A stretch of DNA of 64,000 nt from an uncultured Acidobacteriota bacterium (GCA_963839705.1 CAWIWL010000013.1:453950-517949), one strand, 5' to 3'; shown: positions 38,987 to 49,539, counted from the first letter of the stretch. A program made the numbers and translations. The notes: generated from the letters alone by a model not told the origin.

Positions 38987-39409
38987 TCAGTCGTCTCCCG
39001 CGACGGAACGGCGGCGCTCCTTGGTGCTCGCGCGGCGCCGTTTGGCATCCAGGCGCTGCAGCTTGGACGCCCCGGACGGCCGCGTCTTGCGGCGCCGCTT
39101 CGGCCTGACCGCGGCCTTGCGCAGCAGTTCCACCAGCCGCTCCCGCGCCGCCTCCCGATTCTGCGCCTGCGTCCTGAACGCGCGCGAATCGATCACCACC
39201 ACACCATCGGCCGTCATGCGCGAGCCGGCAATCGTCTTGAGGCGCCCGCGCAATTCGTCGTCTATCGAGCGCGACCGGCCCGCATCGAAGCGCAGTTGCA
39301 CCGCCGTCGCCACCTTGTTGACGTTCTGACCGCCCGGTCCGGACGAGCGAACGAACCGTTCCTCGATTTCGGAGTCGTCGATGACGATGGTGGGGGTGAT
39401 GTGGAGCAT
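38987..39409 (-). CDS. arfB: Alternative ribosome-rescue factor ArfB (peptidyl-tRNA hydrolase, YaeJ family)
   Basis: 140 aa with the GGQ motif SSGPGGQNVNKV and a basic C-terminal tail. Confidence 0.88.
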   Translation of the reverse strand: MLHITPTIVIDDSEIEERFVRSSGPGGQNVNKVATAVQLRFDAGRSRSIDDELRGRLKTIAGSRMTADGVVVIDSRAFRTQAQNREAARERLVELLRKAAVRPKRRRKTRPSGASKLQRLDAKRRRASTKERRRSVAGDD

Positions 39410-39413
39410 TGAG

Positions 39414-39523
39414 CTTCAGGTTCAGGGTTCAAGGTTCAAGGCTTCAAGGTTCAAAGTTCAAGCCGCGAGCTACGACAGCTCGCTCGACGATCTTACTTGA
39501 ACCCTGAACCCTGAACCCTGAAC
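39414..39523. repeat. Inverted arrays of heptamer (TTCARGG)n / (CCTGAAC)n around a 7-bp-stem hairpin
   Basis: The left arm is 39414-39462 (about 7 units), the right arm is 39496-39523 (about 4 units), and the central hairpin is GCGAGCTACGACAGCTCGC. Confidence 0.75.
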
Positions 39524-41985
39524 TACGCCTCCCACCTGAGCGCCTCGGCCGGATCGATCCGCGAGGCTCGGCGTGCGGGCAGATAGCTGGCGAGAACGGC
39601 GGTTCCGCCGAGGGCGAGGGCGACGGCCGCGTAGGTGAGCGGATCGTACGCGCTGACGCCGAAGAGGAGCGTCGACATGGCGCGCGTCAGCAGCGCAGCG
39701 GCCGCCAGTCCGCACACGATCCCGATGGCGGCGAGAACGATGCCGTGACGCACGAAGAGTTGGCTCACGTCGCGACTGGCCGCGCCGAGCGCGATGCGGA
39801 TGCCGATCTCCTTGGTCCGCTGTTGCGCGACGTAGGCGATGACGCCGTAGATGCCGACCACGCCGAGCAGGAGCGCGACGGCGGCAGCAATCCCGAGCAT
39901 CACAAGCGCGAAGGAGGTCTGTGCCATGGAGCCGGCGCGGATCTGGTCGAGCGTGCGCACGCTGGCGACAGGCAGGTTTCCGTTCACGGACCAGACGGCC
40001 TGCTGGATCTCCTTCAGCAGCGTCGGCGAGCCGGTTCGATCCGTCCGCACGGCATAGGCGAGATTGCGTTGCGCGAATGTCTGGCCTCGGTAGTAGTTGT
40101 CAATCCAGAGAGGCCAGTAGATGATGGCCGGCGCCGGCCGCACGATGCCGTTGTCGCGCTCGTTGCCCACGACGCCGATGATCGTCCGCCACGGGTTGCT
40201 TGGCGTCTGGCGGATCCGCTTGCCAATCGCCGCCGCGGGTTCCTTCCAATACTCTCTGGCAAAGTTCTCGCTGATCAGCACGACAGACGCCTTGCTGTAA
40301 ACGTCGGCCCACGTCATCTCCCGGCCCGCCACGATGGGATTGCCCATCGTCTGGAAGTAATTCTGCGCCGTCCATTTGAAGCGGCGCAGGGGCGGCAGCT
40401 TCTCGTCTGGCGGCGGGAAGTCCTCGACGAAGATGGGGTCGTTGCTGTCGAAGCCGTCCATGGTGATCGAGTTCGACACTCCCACTGACTTGACTCCGGG
40501 GATCTGCTCGAGCTTGCGGACGATCTGTTCGTGCGTGCGCAGCGCCCGTTCCTCGTCGGGGATGAGTGTCTCCGGGATCGACACGCGCAGCGTGAGCACT
40601 TCTTCCGGGCGGACGAATCCGGGCGCGACCTGGCGCATGGCCTGGAACGTGCGGATCATCAAACCGGAGGCGACGAGCAGAACCACCGCAAGCGCGATCT
40701 CGGCGACGACGAGTCCGTTGCGCGCGCGGTGACGCTCGCGTCCGGCGCTCGAGAGGCGTCCTCCCTCTTTGAGCGTCGACGCGAGGTGCGGCGTGGCGAA
40801 CTTCGCGACGGGAAGCAGCCCGAAGAGGAGTCCTGCCAACAGCGAAATCGACAGCGTGAACAGGAGCACCAGCGGATCGAGCCCGATCTCTCCCGTGCGC
40901 GGCAGCCCGTCGGGCGCATTGGCGACCAGCATGCGGATCCCGGCATAGGCCAGGCCGAGTCCGACGACGCCGCCGGCGAGCGCCAGCGTGAGGCTTTCCG
41001 AAAGAAGCTCCCAGGCAATCCTGCGTGAACCGGCGCCGAGAGCAGCGTGGATGGCCAGTTCCTGCTGTCGCGCCTCGGCGCGCACCAGGAACAGGTTCGC
41101 GACGTTCGCGCATGCGATGAGCAGCACGAGCCCGACCGTGCCCAGAAGGACCCACAGCACGCGTCCGATGTCGCCGACGGCGTCGACCGAGAGCGGCCGA
41201 ACGTTGGGTCCCATCTTCACGTCATCGAACATCTTTCGTGTGAACCCGCCCGGCATCGGGAACCGATCGGGGATCACGGGGATCAATCGGGCGACGTCCG
41301 CGTTGGCCTGCTCGAGCGTCACGCCCGGTTTGAGGCGCGCCACGCCCTGAAAGCTGAAGTTGCCGACATGAAGCTCGGCGCGATTGAAGCGGAAGGGGAG
41401 GACGAGCTGCGGGTTGCGATTGAGGAAGCTGAACTTCGCCGGAAGCACGCCGATGATTTCGCGGGGCTTGCCGTCGACGACGATCGACTTGCCGACGACG
41501 GAGCGATCGCTGCCGAACTTCCGTTCCCAGTAGGCATGGCTCAGGATGACGCGTTCGGGCGTCTTCGGCGAGTCGTCTTCCGCGGTAAAGCTCCGCCCCA
41601 GAATCGGGTTCACGTGCAGCAGGCTCAGCGTGCCGTCAGTTACGAACAGGACCTGGATTCGCTCCGGCTCTCCGCTGCCCGTGACCGACACGGCGCCGTT
41701 GTCCCAGAGGCCGATATCCTGGAAGACTCGTCCTTCCTCCCGGTAGACCAGGTAGGTGGCGGGCGACATGTTCAGGTTCGGGATCCCGAGTCCCGGCGCC
41801 GCGTGCCACACGCCGACGAGCGCATCGGGCTCGTCGAAGGGCAGCGGCTTGAGCAGCACCCCGCGGACGACGCTGAAGATGGCCGTGTTGGCGCCGATGC
41901 CGAGCGCGAGCGTAAAGACCGCGATCAGCGTGAACATGGGTGCCCGAAGCAGGCGCCGGACAACTCGCCGGGGAGTGGCAGTCAT
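39523..41985 (-). CDS. ADOP/MacB-like duplicated permease (second copy)
   Basis: Start at Met17 of ORF 39523..42033 ([33 protein letters not shown]). Two FtsX domains ([11 protein letters not shown]). Confidence 0.85.
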   Translation of the reverse strand: MTATPRRVVRRLLRAPMFTLIAVFTLALGIGANTAIFSVVRGVLLKPLPFDEPDALVGVWHAAPGLGIPNLNMSPATYLVYREEGRVFQDIGLWDNGAVSVTGSGEPERIQVLFVTDGTLSLLHVNPILGRSFTAEDDSPKTPERVILSHAYWERKFGSDRSVVGKSIVVDGKPREIIGVLPAKFSFLNRNPQLVLPFRFNRAELHVGNFSFQGVARLKPGVTLEQANADVARLIPVIPDRFPMPGGFTRKMFDDVKMGPNVRPLSVDAVGDIGRVLWVLLGTVGLVLLIACANVANLFLVRAEARQQELAIHAALGAGSRRIAWELLSESLTLALAGGVVGLGLAYAGIRMLVANAPDGLPRTGEIGLDPLVLLFTLSISLLAGLLFGLLPVAKFATPHLASTLKEGGRLSSAGRERHRARNGLVVAEIALAVVLLVASGLMIRTFQAMRQVAPGFVRPEEVLTLRVSIPETLIPDEERALRTHEQIVRKLEQIPGVKSVGVSNSITMDGFDSNDPIFVEDFPPPDEKLPPLRRFKWTAQNYFQTMGNPIVAGREMTWADVYSKASVVLISENFAREYWKEPAAAIGKRIRQTPSNPWRTIIGVVGNERDNGIVRPAPAIIYWPLWIDNYYRGQTFAQRNLAYAVRTDRTGSPTLLKEIQQAVWSVNGNLPVASVRTLDQIRAGSMAQTSFALVMLGIAAAVALLLGVVGIYGVIAYVAQQRTKEIGIRIALGAASRDVSQLFVRHGIVLAAIGIVCGLAAAALLTRAMSTLLFGVSAYDPLTYAAVALALGGTAVLASYLPARRASRIDPAEALRWEA

Positions 41986-42022
41986 GTGGACCTTAGACGT
42001 CCGCCGCTCGTCCCGCGTTCGG

Positions 42023-42105
42023 CCCGGGGACACTCAACCGTGACAGTCCCCGGGGACATTCAACCGTGACAGTCCCCGGGGACATTCAACCGTGACAGTC
42101 CCCGA
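42023..42105. repeat. 26-bp tandem repeat, about 3.4 copies. Each copy carries the perfect palindrome GTCCCCGGGGAC (candidate operator array).
   Basis: The unit TCAACCGTGACAGTCCCCGGGGACAT occurs at 42034-42059 and 42060-42085, with partial copies on both sides. It lies in the 244-bp divergent region between two permease genes. Confidence 0.8.
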
Positions 42106-42229
42106 CTTACCCGCGGCCGGGGGCGGACGGCGGGTGTTCGGAGTCGACCACTGTGGCTGCGCATTCAACGGGTTTGCGTTCATTTCGTCCGGATTTTCGG
42201 GGCACACGGGTTGCACTACACTGACCCCG

Positions 42230-44777
42230 ATGTTTCCTATGCTCTCTGATGCGCTTCAGGACGTTCGCTTCGGGCTTCGGCTGCTGCGGCGAAGTCCGGT
42301 GTTCACGACGGTCGCGGTCGCGTCGCTCGCGCTCGGCATTGGCGGGGCGGCGGCGGTGTTCTCGCTGCTCAACGCGATCGTGCTTCGCAGCCTCCCTGTG
42401 GCCGAACCCGATCGGCTCTTCGTCGCCGAGCGACATCGCCCCGACGAGATGTCGCCGCGGTTCTCATGGCCCGAGGCCATCCGGCTTCGCGACGAACTGG
42501 CCGGACGTTCTGAGCTTGCCGCCGCGAGCTCGATCGCCGCCGTCCAGCTCCGTCCGTCTCGCGCATCCGCGACCTCCGCCGAGCGCGGGTCGGTTCAGCT
42601 CGTCTCCGGCGAGTACTTCGACGTGCTCCGCCAGCGAGCCCACTCCGGCCGCCTCCTGACCCTCGACGACAACCGCGTGCTCGACGGTCACCCGGTCGCC
42701 GTCGTCAGCTACGGCTACTGGCAACGCAGCCTCGCCGGTGCATCCGATGCGATCGGTCAGACGCTCGCCATCAACGGTGCGCCATTCACCATCGTCGGCG
42801 TGACTGCTCCAGAGTTCTTCGGCACGACGGTGTCGATGCGAGGCGCCGACGCCTGGGTGCCGCTGATGATGCAGTCGACAATTCGCTACGGCGGGAACGC
42901 CAGCTCGCACGACGACGGCGACACCCGGAAGCCATGGCCGCCGCAGGAAAACATCGAGTGGCTGAACCTGTTCGCGCGCGTACCAACGGCCACCGAGCAG
43001 ACGTCGATTGCCGCGGCGCTGACCGTTCGCCACCATGCCTACGTTTCCGCGCGGCGCGGCGCTGACGCCAGCTACGCCGCGCAGCTGCGCGCCGAACGCA
43101 TCGTGCTCGCCCCGGCCGGCCGCGGCTTGTCCTCGCTCCGCAGTCAGGCCTCGACCGTGCTCTACGTCCTGCTCGCGATGATGGTCATCCTGCTCTTGAT
43201 CGCCAGCGGCAACGTCGCCAGCCTGCTCGTGGCGCGGGCGACTTCGCGCGAGCGCGAAATTGCCGTGCGCCTGTCGCTTGGCGCCGGGCGGGTCCGGCTC
43301 ATCCGTCAGCTCCTCGTCGAGAGCCTCCTGCTCGGTCTTGGCGGAGGCGCGGTGGGGCTCGGGTTCGCGGTGTGGGGCCGCGACCTCCTGCTCGGACTCT
43401 TTGCGAGCGGCCAGGCGTCGCTCATCACGCTCGACACCGGACTCGACTGGCGGGTGCTGGCCTTCTCGGCCGGCATGTCGCTCATGACGGGGCTGGCCTG
43501 CGGACTGCTGCCCGCCTTGCGCGGCACACGTGTGCCCGTCTCGGAGTCGCTCAAGCTCCAGACGCGCGCGGTGGGGCTGGTCAGCCGCCGGACGCTCCTC
43601 GCCGGCCGCGCGCTCGTCGCGGCGCAGATGGCGTTCTGTCTGCTCCTGCTCATCGTCGCCGGCCTGTTCGTGAGGAGCCTGCGCGTGCTGACGACTTCCG
43701 AGATCGGATTCGATCGCCAGCACCTGCTGGGCGCGCGGCTCGACGTGCGAAGCCTCGGGTACTCCGCCGGGCAGCGGCAGGTGCTCTACACGCGCTTGCT
43801 CGACCGCGTGCGGGCACTGCCGGGCGTGCAGTCGGCCAGCCTGTCGATGAACGGTCCCGTGATGGGATCCTCGCAGATCAGCGGCTTCAGCATCGAGGGC
43901 TACACGCCACGAACGGGCGAGCGGATGTCGACGAACGAGGAGATTGTCACCGAGGACTACTTCTCGACCGTCGGCCTGAAGATCGTCCGTGGCCGGACGT
44001 TCGGCTCGGGCGATCGCGGCGAAAGCTCCAAAGCCACGCTGATCAACGAAACGATGGCGCGCCGTTTCTTTCCGGGCCAAGACCCGATTGGCAAGCGCTG
44101 GGCCTACGATGCCAACTCGGTCAGCACGCCCGACGCCTTCGTCGTCGTCGGCGTCGTGGAGGACGCGAAGTATAGGGACTTGAAGGCCGCCATTCCAACG
44201 ATGACCTACCACTTGTCGGGACCGGCAGAGGACGCCGTGCTGAGCGATCTCGAGGTGCGCACGTCGGGCGCGCCCGAAGCGCTCGTGCCGACACTCCGAC
44301 AGGTGCTCGCCGAAGCCGAGCCAAACCTGCCGGTGTTCGACATTCTGCCGATCGAGCAGCGCGTCGCACGGGCGCTTTCGCAGGACGCGGTCGTCGCGCA
44401 GCTGACGACGGTGTTCAGCGGCATTTCGCTCCTGCTCGCCTGCCTCGGCCTCTACGGGACGATTTCCTACGGCGTCAACCAGCGCGTCGCCGAGCTCGGG
44501 CTGCGGATTGCCCTGGGAGCGGATCGGCGTCAGGGTCCTCTGGCTCGTGATGCGCGAAGCGCTGGTGCTCGTTGCCGTCGGAAGCGTCGTCGGATTCTCG
44601 CTGGCCTACCTGGCGGCTCGCAGCCTGGGTACCGTGCTGTACGGCATCGGTCCGGCCGATCCACTGGCCTACGGAATCGGCACGGCGCTGCTCTTGAGTG
44701 TCGGCCTCGTCGCCGCCTATCTCCCCGCGTTCCGCGCGTCTCGCATCGAACCGATGCGCGCGCTCGCGGGCGGCTGA
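42230..44777 (+). pseudogene. ADOP/MacB-like duplicated permease (third copy), frame broken at about 44528
   Basis: ORF 42092..44881 is good to ..VAELGLRIALGADR and then nonsense. ORF 44508..44777 continues ..GVRVLWLVMREALVLVAVGSVVG..RIEPMRALAGG*. Deleting c44528 gives LGADRVRVLWLV. Confidence 0.8.
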
Positions 44778-44791
44778 TCGTTATTCACAGT

Positions 44792-44942
44792 CGTCCGGCT
44801 AAAGCCGGACACTACGACTGCCACAAAGCCAGCCGCACTGCGACTGACGCAAGTCCCGGCATTCGTAGTGTCCGGCTTTAGCCGGACCGTGCGACTGATC
44901 GCGAATCCCGGCATTCGTAGTGTCCGGCTTTAGCCGGACCGT
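44792..44942. repeat. Cluster of three REP-A units: one inverted (44792-44815) and two direct within a 52-bp tandem duplication (44854-44905, 44906-44942)
   Basis: Read directly. CCCGGCATTCGTAGTGTCCGGCTTTAGCCGGACCGTG occurs twice. Confidence 0.8.
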
Positions 44943-45046
44943 GGGATTACTCTACAGCCCCGCTTCAAAGCCCGTCCGCAGTGCACTGGTACAGTCGATG
45001 CACCTCTTGTCATGGTGGGTATCTGATCACCTAGGAGGGTGTACTG

Positions 45047-45598
45047 ATGACTCGAAAGAAACTCGTGGGCTTCTTCGGCGTAATTGCCGTGGCCGCAGCG
45101 ATGACGGCGGCGTGCGCGCAGTCGGATGCCGGCATCACCACAGCAGTAAAGTCAAAATTTGCCGCGGACGACACGGTCAAGGCCTACCAGATCAATGTCG
45201 ACACCAAGGACAAAATTGTGACACTCAAGGGCGAAGTTGACTCGGCCGCTGCCAGAGACAAGGCCGTCGAAATTGCCCGCGCCACGGATGGCGTTCGCGA
45301 CGTCGTCAATGTGCTCGTGGTTACTCCGGCGACGGCGCCGACGAGCGGTGTCGCCGAGCGCGAGAAAGACACTGGCAACTTGACCGGCGATCCTTTGATC
45401 ACGGCGACTGTGAAAACGAAGATGCTGGCGGATGCGACGGTCAGCGGGTTGAAGATTAACGTCGACACCACGGACGGCGTGGTCAGCCTGACCGGCGACG
45501 TCACGTCGACCATCGAGAAGCGTCGCGCGCTCGAAATCGCACGGGAGACCGACGGCGTGAAGTCGGTCAAGGATGAACTGAAGATCATCAAGAAGTAA
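45047..45598 (+). CDS. Two-BON-domain protein (OsmY-like), probable lipoprotein
   Basis: Signal peptide ending AAMTAAC, followed by two BON units (INVDTKDKIVTLKGEV.., INVDTTDGVVSLTGDV..). Confidence 0.75.
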   Translation: MTRKKLVGFFGVIAVAAAMTAACAQSDAGITTAVKSKFAADDTVKAYQINVDTKDKIVTLKGEVDSAAARDKAVEIARATDGVRDVVNVLVVTPATAPTSGVAEREKDTGNLTGDPLITATVKTKMLADATVSGLKINVDTTDGVVSLTGDVTSTIEKRRALEIARETDGVKSVKDELKIIKK

Positions 45599-45652
45599 CC
45601 GATCGTCACGAAGTAACCGATCGTCAGCAGTAACGCCTCAGGTGCGTGGAGT

Positions 45653-47005
45653 CTACCGTTCCGTGTTCGCGGTTGCCGGACGGTAGACTCGGCGCAATTT
45701 CGAGCCCAGCCAGACGAGCCCCGCGAAAACGACCAGGACCGTCAGCCACCTGACAGCGCTCGCCAGCCCGGCAGTGGTCATCGACGGCCAATCGAATCGC
45801 GAGAGATCGCGTCCGCGATCGATCATCCAGTGCCACGCCGTGTGGGCAACGATCGCCGAGATCAGGATCGTGCCCATCCGTTCGGCGACCACGTAGCGGA
45901 ATATCAACTGCAGCGCCGGCACCAGGACGATGAGAACCAGGAGCTGACCGAGCTCGACCCCGACGTTAAACGCGACGAGCGACGTCAGCACGTGCGAGCC
46001 GGCGAACTGCATCGTCTGCCGCAGCGCGAACGAGAACCCGAACCCGTGCACCAGGCCGAACGCCAGCGCGATGATCCAGCGGCTTTGACGGAGATACTCG
46101 GATCCTGCGATGTTCTCGAGCGCCATGTAGACGATCGACGCGGCGATTGCCGTCTCGATGAGCGGCGGGAACCACAGCGCGTCGGGTGCGAGGTCGAATG
46201 CCGAGGCGATGAGCGTGATCGAGTGGGCGATGGTGAAGGCCGTCACCACGAGCACCAGCGGCCGCAAGCGGCGGAACGGAATGACCAGGCAGAGCAGGAA
46301 CAGAAGATGATCGGTGCCGTCGAGAATGTGGAAGAAGCCCAGCTCGACGAAGCGCCAGGCGGCCTGATGCCAGCGCGGATCCAGTCTGACCATCCCCGGA
46401 TCCCCTGCCAGCTCGAACGCCCGCTCGACTCCGTCGGGCGAGCGAAAGCGCAGCGTGGTCACCACGCGGATGCCGAGCCTCGCGAACGCGGGGCGGATCG
46501 AGAACTCCGATCGATCCGACAGGATCGTGTACTCGAAGAGGACGTCCATCAGGCCCTGGTTCCAGACGAGCGCCGTATTCGTTGCGAGCGGCGGTCCGGT
46601 CGTGTGCGCGAGCGCTGTGTCGTACGACGCAAACGACCGATCGGAGGGCAGTGAGATCTGCGTGGCGACGATGCGCGGCGCATCCAGGCGGGTTCCGCCT
46701 TCGTAAAGCGTGATGCTGTCGGCGATCCACAATGTTGCGGCCTGACGGACGGCCGTCTCCGCTCGCGTGAAGTCGATATTATTCTCGTCGCGCGTCGGGA
46801 ACAGGATGTCCCGCATGGCGGCGATCGGCGCGCGCACGAGCAGGTGCAGCCGCTGCCCCTCGGGCCGCAGGAAGGCGTGGACGGTCACGTCGTTCGGGAT
46901 TTCGTGCGCGCGCGGCCGGCTCGGCAGAGCTAGCACGACGACCGCCGTGGTGACGATGAAGAGTGCCGCGAGGCCGCGAGCCTCCGGCCGTCGGTCGATC
47001 GCCAT
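45653..47005 (-). CDS. HupE/UreJ-family membrane protein with a roughly 200-aa N-terminal extracytoplasmic domain
   Basis: The C-terminal half has FHILDGTDHLLFLL..TIAHSITL..GLVHGFGFS..NVGVELGQL, typical of HupE/UreJ. Confidence 0.7.
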   Translation of the reverse strand: MAIDRRPEARGLAALFIVTTAVVVLALPSRPRAHEIPNDVTVHAFLRPEGQRLHLLVRAPIAAMRDILFPTRDENNIDFTRAETAVRQAATLWIADSITLYEGGTRLDAPRIVATQISLPSDRSFASYDTALAHTTGPPLATNTALVWNQGLMDVLFEYTILSDRSEFSIRPAFARLGIRVVTTLRFRSPDGVERAFELAGDPGMVRLDPRWHQAAWRFVELGFFHILDGTDHLLFLLCLVIPFRRLRPLVLVVTAFTIAHSITLIASAFDLAPDALWFPPLIETAIAASIVYMALENIAGSEYLRQSRWIIALAFGLVHGFGFSFALRQTMQFAGSHVLTSLVAFNVGVELGQLLVLIVLVPALQLIFRYVVAERMGTILISAIVAHTAWHWMIDRGRDLSRFDWPSMTTAGLASAVRWLTVLVVFAGLVWLGSKLRRVYRPATANTER

Positions 47006-47073
47006 TCGGCGCAGTGTATACTGGCGGCCAATTGGGGGGAATCCTCAACCGTTCGCATTCGATCACCTTGGCG

Positions 47074-48234
47074 ATGCGTATGAATCGAAGCGCTCTCACC
47101 GCGGCCGTGGCCGTTGCCGCGATCGTCTTCACCGTTTCGGGCCACGCCTGGCAAACCTCGTCTCCCCGCCTCCAGGTCGACCCGCTCTGGCCGAAGCCCC
47201 TGCCGAATCACTGGCTCTTCGGCTCGATCACAGGGGTTGCGGTCGACTCGCAGGACCATGTCTGGGTCGTCCACCGTGGCGCCGCCTCGCTCAACGCGCG
47301 AACGGAGATGAGCGCGGCGACGAACCCGCCGACGGCCGATGAATGCTGTCATCCAGCGCCGCCTGTGCTCGAGTTCGATCAGTCCGGCGCATTGGTCGGC
47401 CACTGGGGCGGGCCGGGCGCGGGCTACGAGTGGCCGCGGTCGCCGGGCGGGATTGCGGTCGATGCTCAGGGCAACGTCTGGATCGCGGCGGCTGGCATTA
47501 CCGAGACTGCCGGCGCTCGCGGCCGTGGCGCCGAGCCTTCCGCTGCTCCGCCCGAGGACGCACACGTCCTGAAGTTCTCGCGGGCGGGGAAGTTCTTGCT
47601 ACAGATTGGGCAGGCGGGGAAGCCTGGCGGCAACGACAGCAAGACCGGATTGCACCGCCCCATGGCCATCGATGTGGACACCGCCGCGAACGAAGTCTAT
47701 GTAGCCGACGGTTTCGGCAACCGGCGCATCGTCGTCTTTGACGCGACGACGGGAGCCTACAAGCGTCACTGGGGCGCGTACGGCGCCGCTCCGGCCGAGG
47801 CCGAGCCGGGTCCGTACAATCCGAGCGCGCCGCCCTCGAAGCAGTTTCGAACCGTCAGCTGCGTCAAGGTCTCGAGCGACGGGCATGTCTACGTCTGCGA
47901 CCGCCTCAATAACCGTATTCAGGTGTTCCGCAAGAACGGCACGTTCGTGAAGGAAACGTCCGTATCGAAGACGACGACCGGCGAGGGCTCGGTGTGGGAT
48001 CTCGCGTTCTCCAGGGATCCACAACAGCGGTTCCTGTTCGTGGCCGACGGCCAGGATCAAAAGGTGTTCGTCCTCGACCGCGACAAGCTCGCGAGCGTGT
48101 CGAGCTTCGGCGGCGGGGGACGGTGGCCGGGCGGATTCTACGGCGTCGGCAGCGTCGCTGTCGACTCGAAGGGCAACGTCTACACGGGAGAGAACTTCGA
48201 AGGCAAGCGCCTGCAGAAGTTCGTCAATAGATGA
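47074..48234 (+). CDS. NHL-repeat beta-propeller protein, peptidyl-alpha-hydroxyglycine alpha-amidating lyase (PAL)-like, secreted
   Basis: Signal peptide, then DPLWPKPLPNHWLFGSITGVAVDSQDHVWVVHR..CCHPAPPVLEFD..GHWGGPG.GYEWP. Confidence 0.7.
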   Translation: MRMNRSALTAAVAVAAIVFTVSGHAWQTSSPRLQVDPLWPKPLPNHWLFGSITGVAVDSQDHVWVVHRGAASLNARTEMSAATNPPTADECCHPAPPVLEFDQSGALVGHWGGPGAGYEWPRSPGGIAVDAQGNVWIAAAGITETAGARGRGAEPSAAPPEDAHVLKFSRAGKFLLQIGQAGKPGGNDSKTGLHRPMAIDVDTAANEVYVADGFGNRRIVVFDATTGAYKRHWGAYGAAPAEAEPGPYNPSAPPSKQFRTVSCVKVSSDGHVYVCDRLNNRIQVFRKNGTFVKETSVSKTTTGEGSVWDLAFSRDPQQRFLFVADGQDQKVFVLDRDKLASVSSFGGGGRWPGGFYGVGSVAVDSKGNVYTGENFEGKRLQKFVNR

Positions 48235-49415
48235 TCGAGCGACGTGATCTGCTGATCGGGTCGGCGTTTCTGGTATCCATCATCGGGCTTGGCACGGCGT
48301 CGCATGTGCTCGAGCGCGTGGCCGATGCGCAGGATCGCAGTGCGCTCCAGGCGCCGCGCTTCGAGGTCGACCCGCTCTGGCCGAAGCCCTTGCCCAACAA
48401 CTGGCTGCTCGGTCAGGTGATTGGCCTTGGCATCGACTCCCAGGATCACGTGTGGATCGTGCACCGCGTCGACTCGCTCTCCGCAACGGAAGCTGCCGCC
48501 GACCAGAACCCGCCGACCGGGTCGTGCTGCTCGAAGGCGCCGCCCGTGCTCGAGTTCGATCCCGCCGGCAATCTCGTCGGACACTGGGGCGGCCCCGCCG
48601 AGGGCTACGAGTGGCCGACGTCGAACCACGGCATCTTCATCGACCACAAGAACAACGTGTGGATTGGCGGCAACGGCGACAAAGACGCGCACGTCCTGAA
48701 GTTCACGAGGAACGGCAAGCTCCTCATGCAGATCGGGCGGCAGGGCAAGCGCGTCGGCAGCCACGATCTCGAGAACTTCGGCCGCGTCGCGAAGATCTTC
48801 GTCGACGCGAAGACCAACGAGGCGTACATCGCCGACGGCTACCAGAACAAGCGCGTAGTCGTCATCGACGCCGACAGCGGGAAGTTCAAGCGCTACTGGG
48901 GCGCCTACGGGAACAAGCCGGACGACACCGACCTCGGCCGCTACGATCCGAAGGCGCCGCCCGCGCAGCAGTTCCGGACGCCGGTGCACTGCGCCGATCT
49001 GTCGAACGACGGGCTGCTCTACGTCTGCGATCGGCCGAACGATCGCGTTCAGGTGTTCAAGGCCGACGGCACGTTCGTCAAGGAAACCTTCGTCGCGCGC
49101 AACACGCTCGGCGACGGGTCGACCTGGGACGTCGCCTTCTCCAAGGATCCGCAGCAGAAGTATCTCTATCTGGCCGATGGCAAGAACGAGAAGGTCTACG
49201 TCATCGAGCGCGACACGATGCAGATTCTGACGAGCTTCGGCGACGGCGGACGCCAACCCGGCCAGTTCTTCGCGGTGCATAGCATCGCGACCGATTCCAA
49301 GGGCAACCTGTTCACTACCGAAACCTACGAGGGACGACGGCTGCAGAAGTTTGTCTACAAGGGGCTGGCTCCCGTCACCAAGATGGATCAGGGCACCGTC
49401 TGGCCCGCGAGGTAA
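48231..49415 (+). CDS. Paralogous PAL-like NHL-repeat protein with a Tat-like N-terminus
   Basis: Collinear with the preceding gene (DPLWPKPLPNNWLLGQVIGLGIDSQDHVWIVHR..CCSKAPPVLEFD). ATGA start/stop overlap. Confidence 0.7.
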   Translation: MIERRDLLIGSAFLVSIIGLGTASHVLERVADAQDRSALQAPRFEVDPLWPKPLPNNWLLGQVIGLGIDSQDHVWIVHRVDSLSATEAAADQNPPTGSCCSKAPPVLEFDPAGNLVGHWGGPAEGYEWPTSNHGIFIDHKNNVWIGGNGDKDAHVLKFTRNGKLLMQIGRQGKRVGSHDLENFGRVAKIFVDAKTNEAYIADGYQNKRVVVIDADSGKFKRYWGAYGNKPDDTDLGRYDPKAPPAQQFRTPVHCADLSNDGLLYVCDRPNDRVQVFKADGTFVKETFVARNTLGDGSTWDVAFSKDPQQKYLYLADGKNEKVYVIERDTMQILTSFGDGGRQPGQFFAVHSIATDSKGNLFTTETYEGRRLQKFVYKGLAPVTKMDQGTVWPAR

Positions 49416-49539
49416 GGCACCTGAACGGCCCTCCGCGGCCGACCTGACGATGCGGCGCCGGCTGAGGTGAATCGTTGCCCGCGCAAAGGCGGGGGAAGCA
49501 TCGTATCCTCGACAGATCCTGCTCTACGGAGCGACTCTG

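Noticed and set aside
39414-39523. Telomere-like TTCAGGG repeats implying a linear replicon end or eukaryotic contamination
   Set aside because: The arrays are only 4-7 units long, inverted, and embedded between ordinary bacterial genes on both sides. Related arrays with a different heptamer exist at 19653-19777.
42023-42105. Possible CRISPR array
   Set aside because: The repeat units abut directly with no unique spacers, only about 3 copies are present, and no cas genes are nearby. It is a plain tandem repeat.
42464-44212. 582-aa minus-strand ORF
   Set aside because: Antisense to the third ADOP permease, with no motifs.
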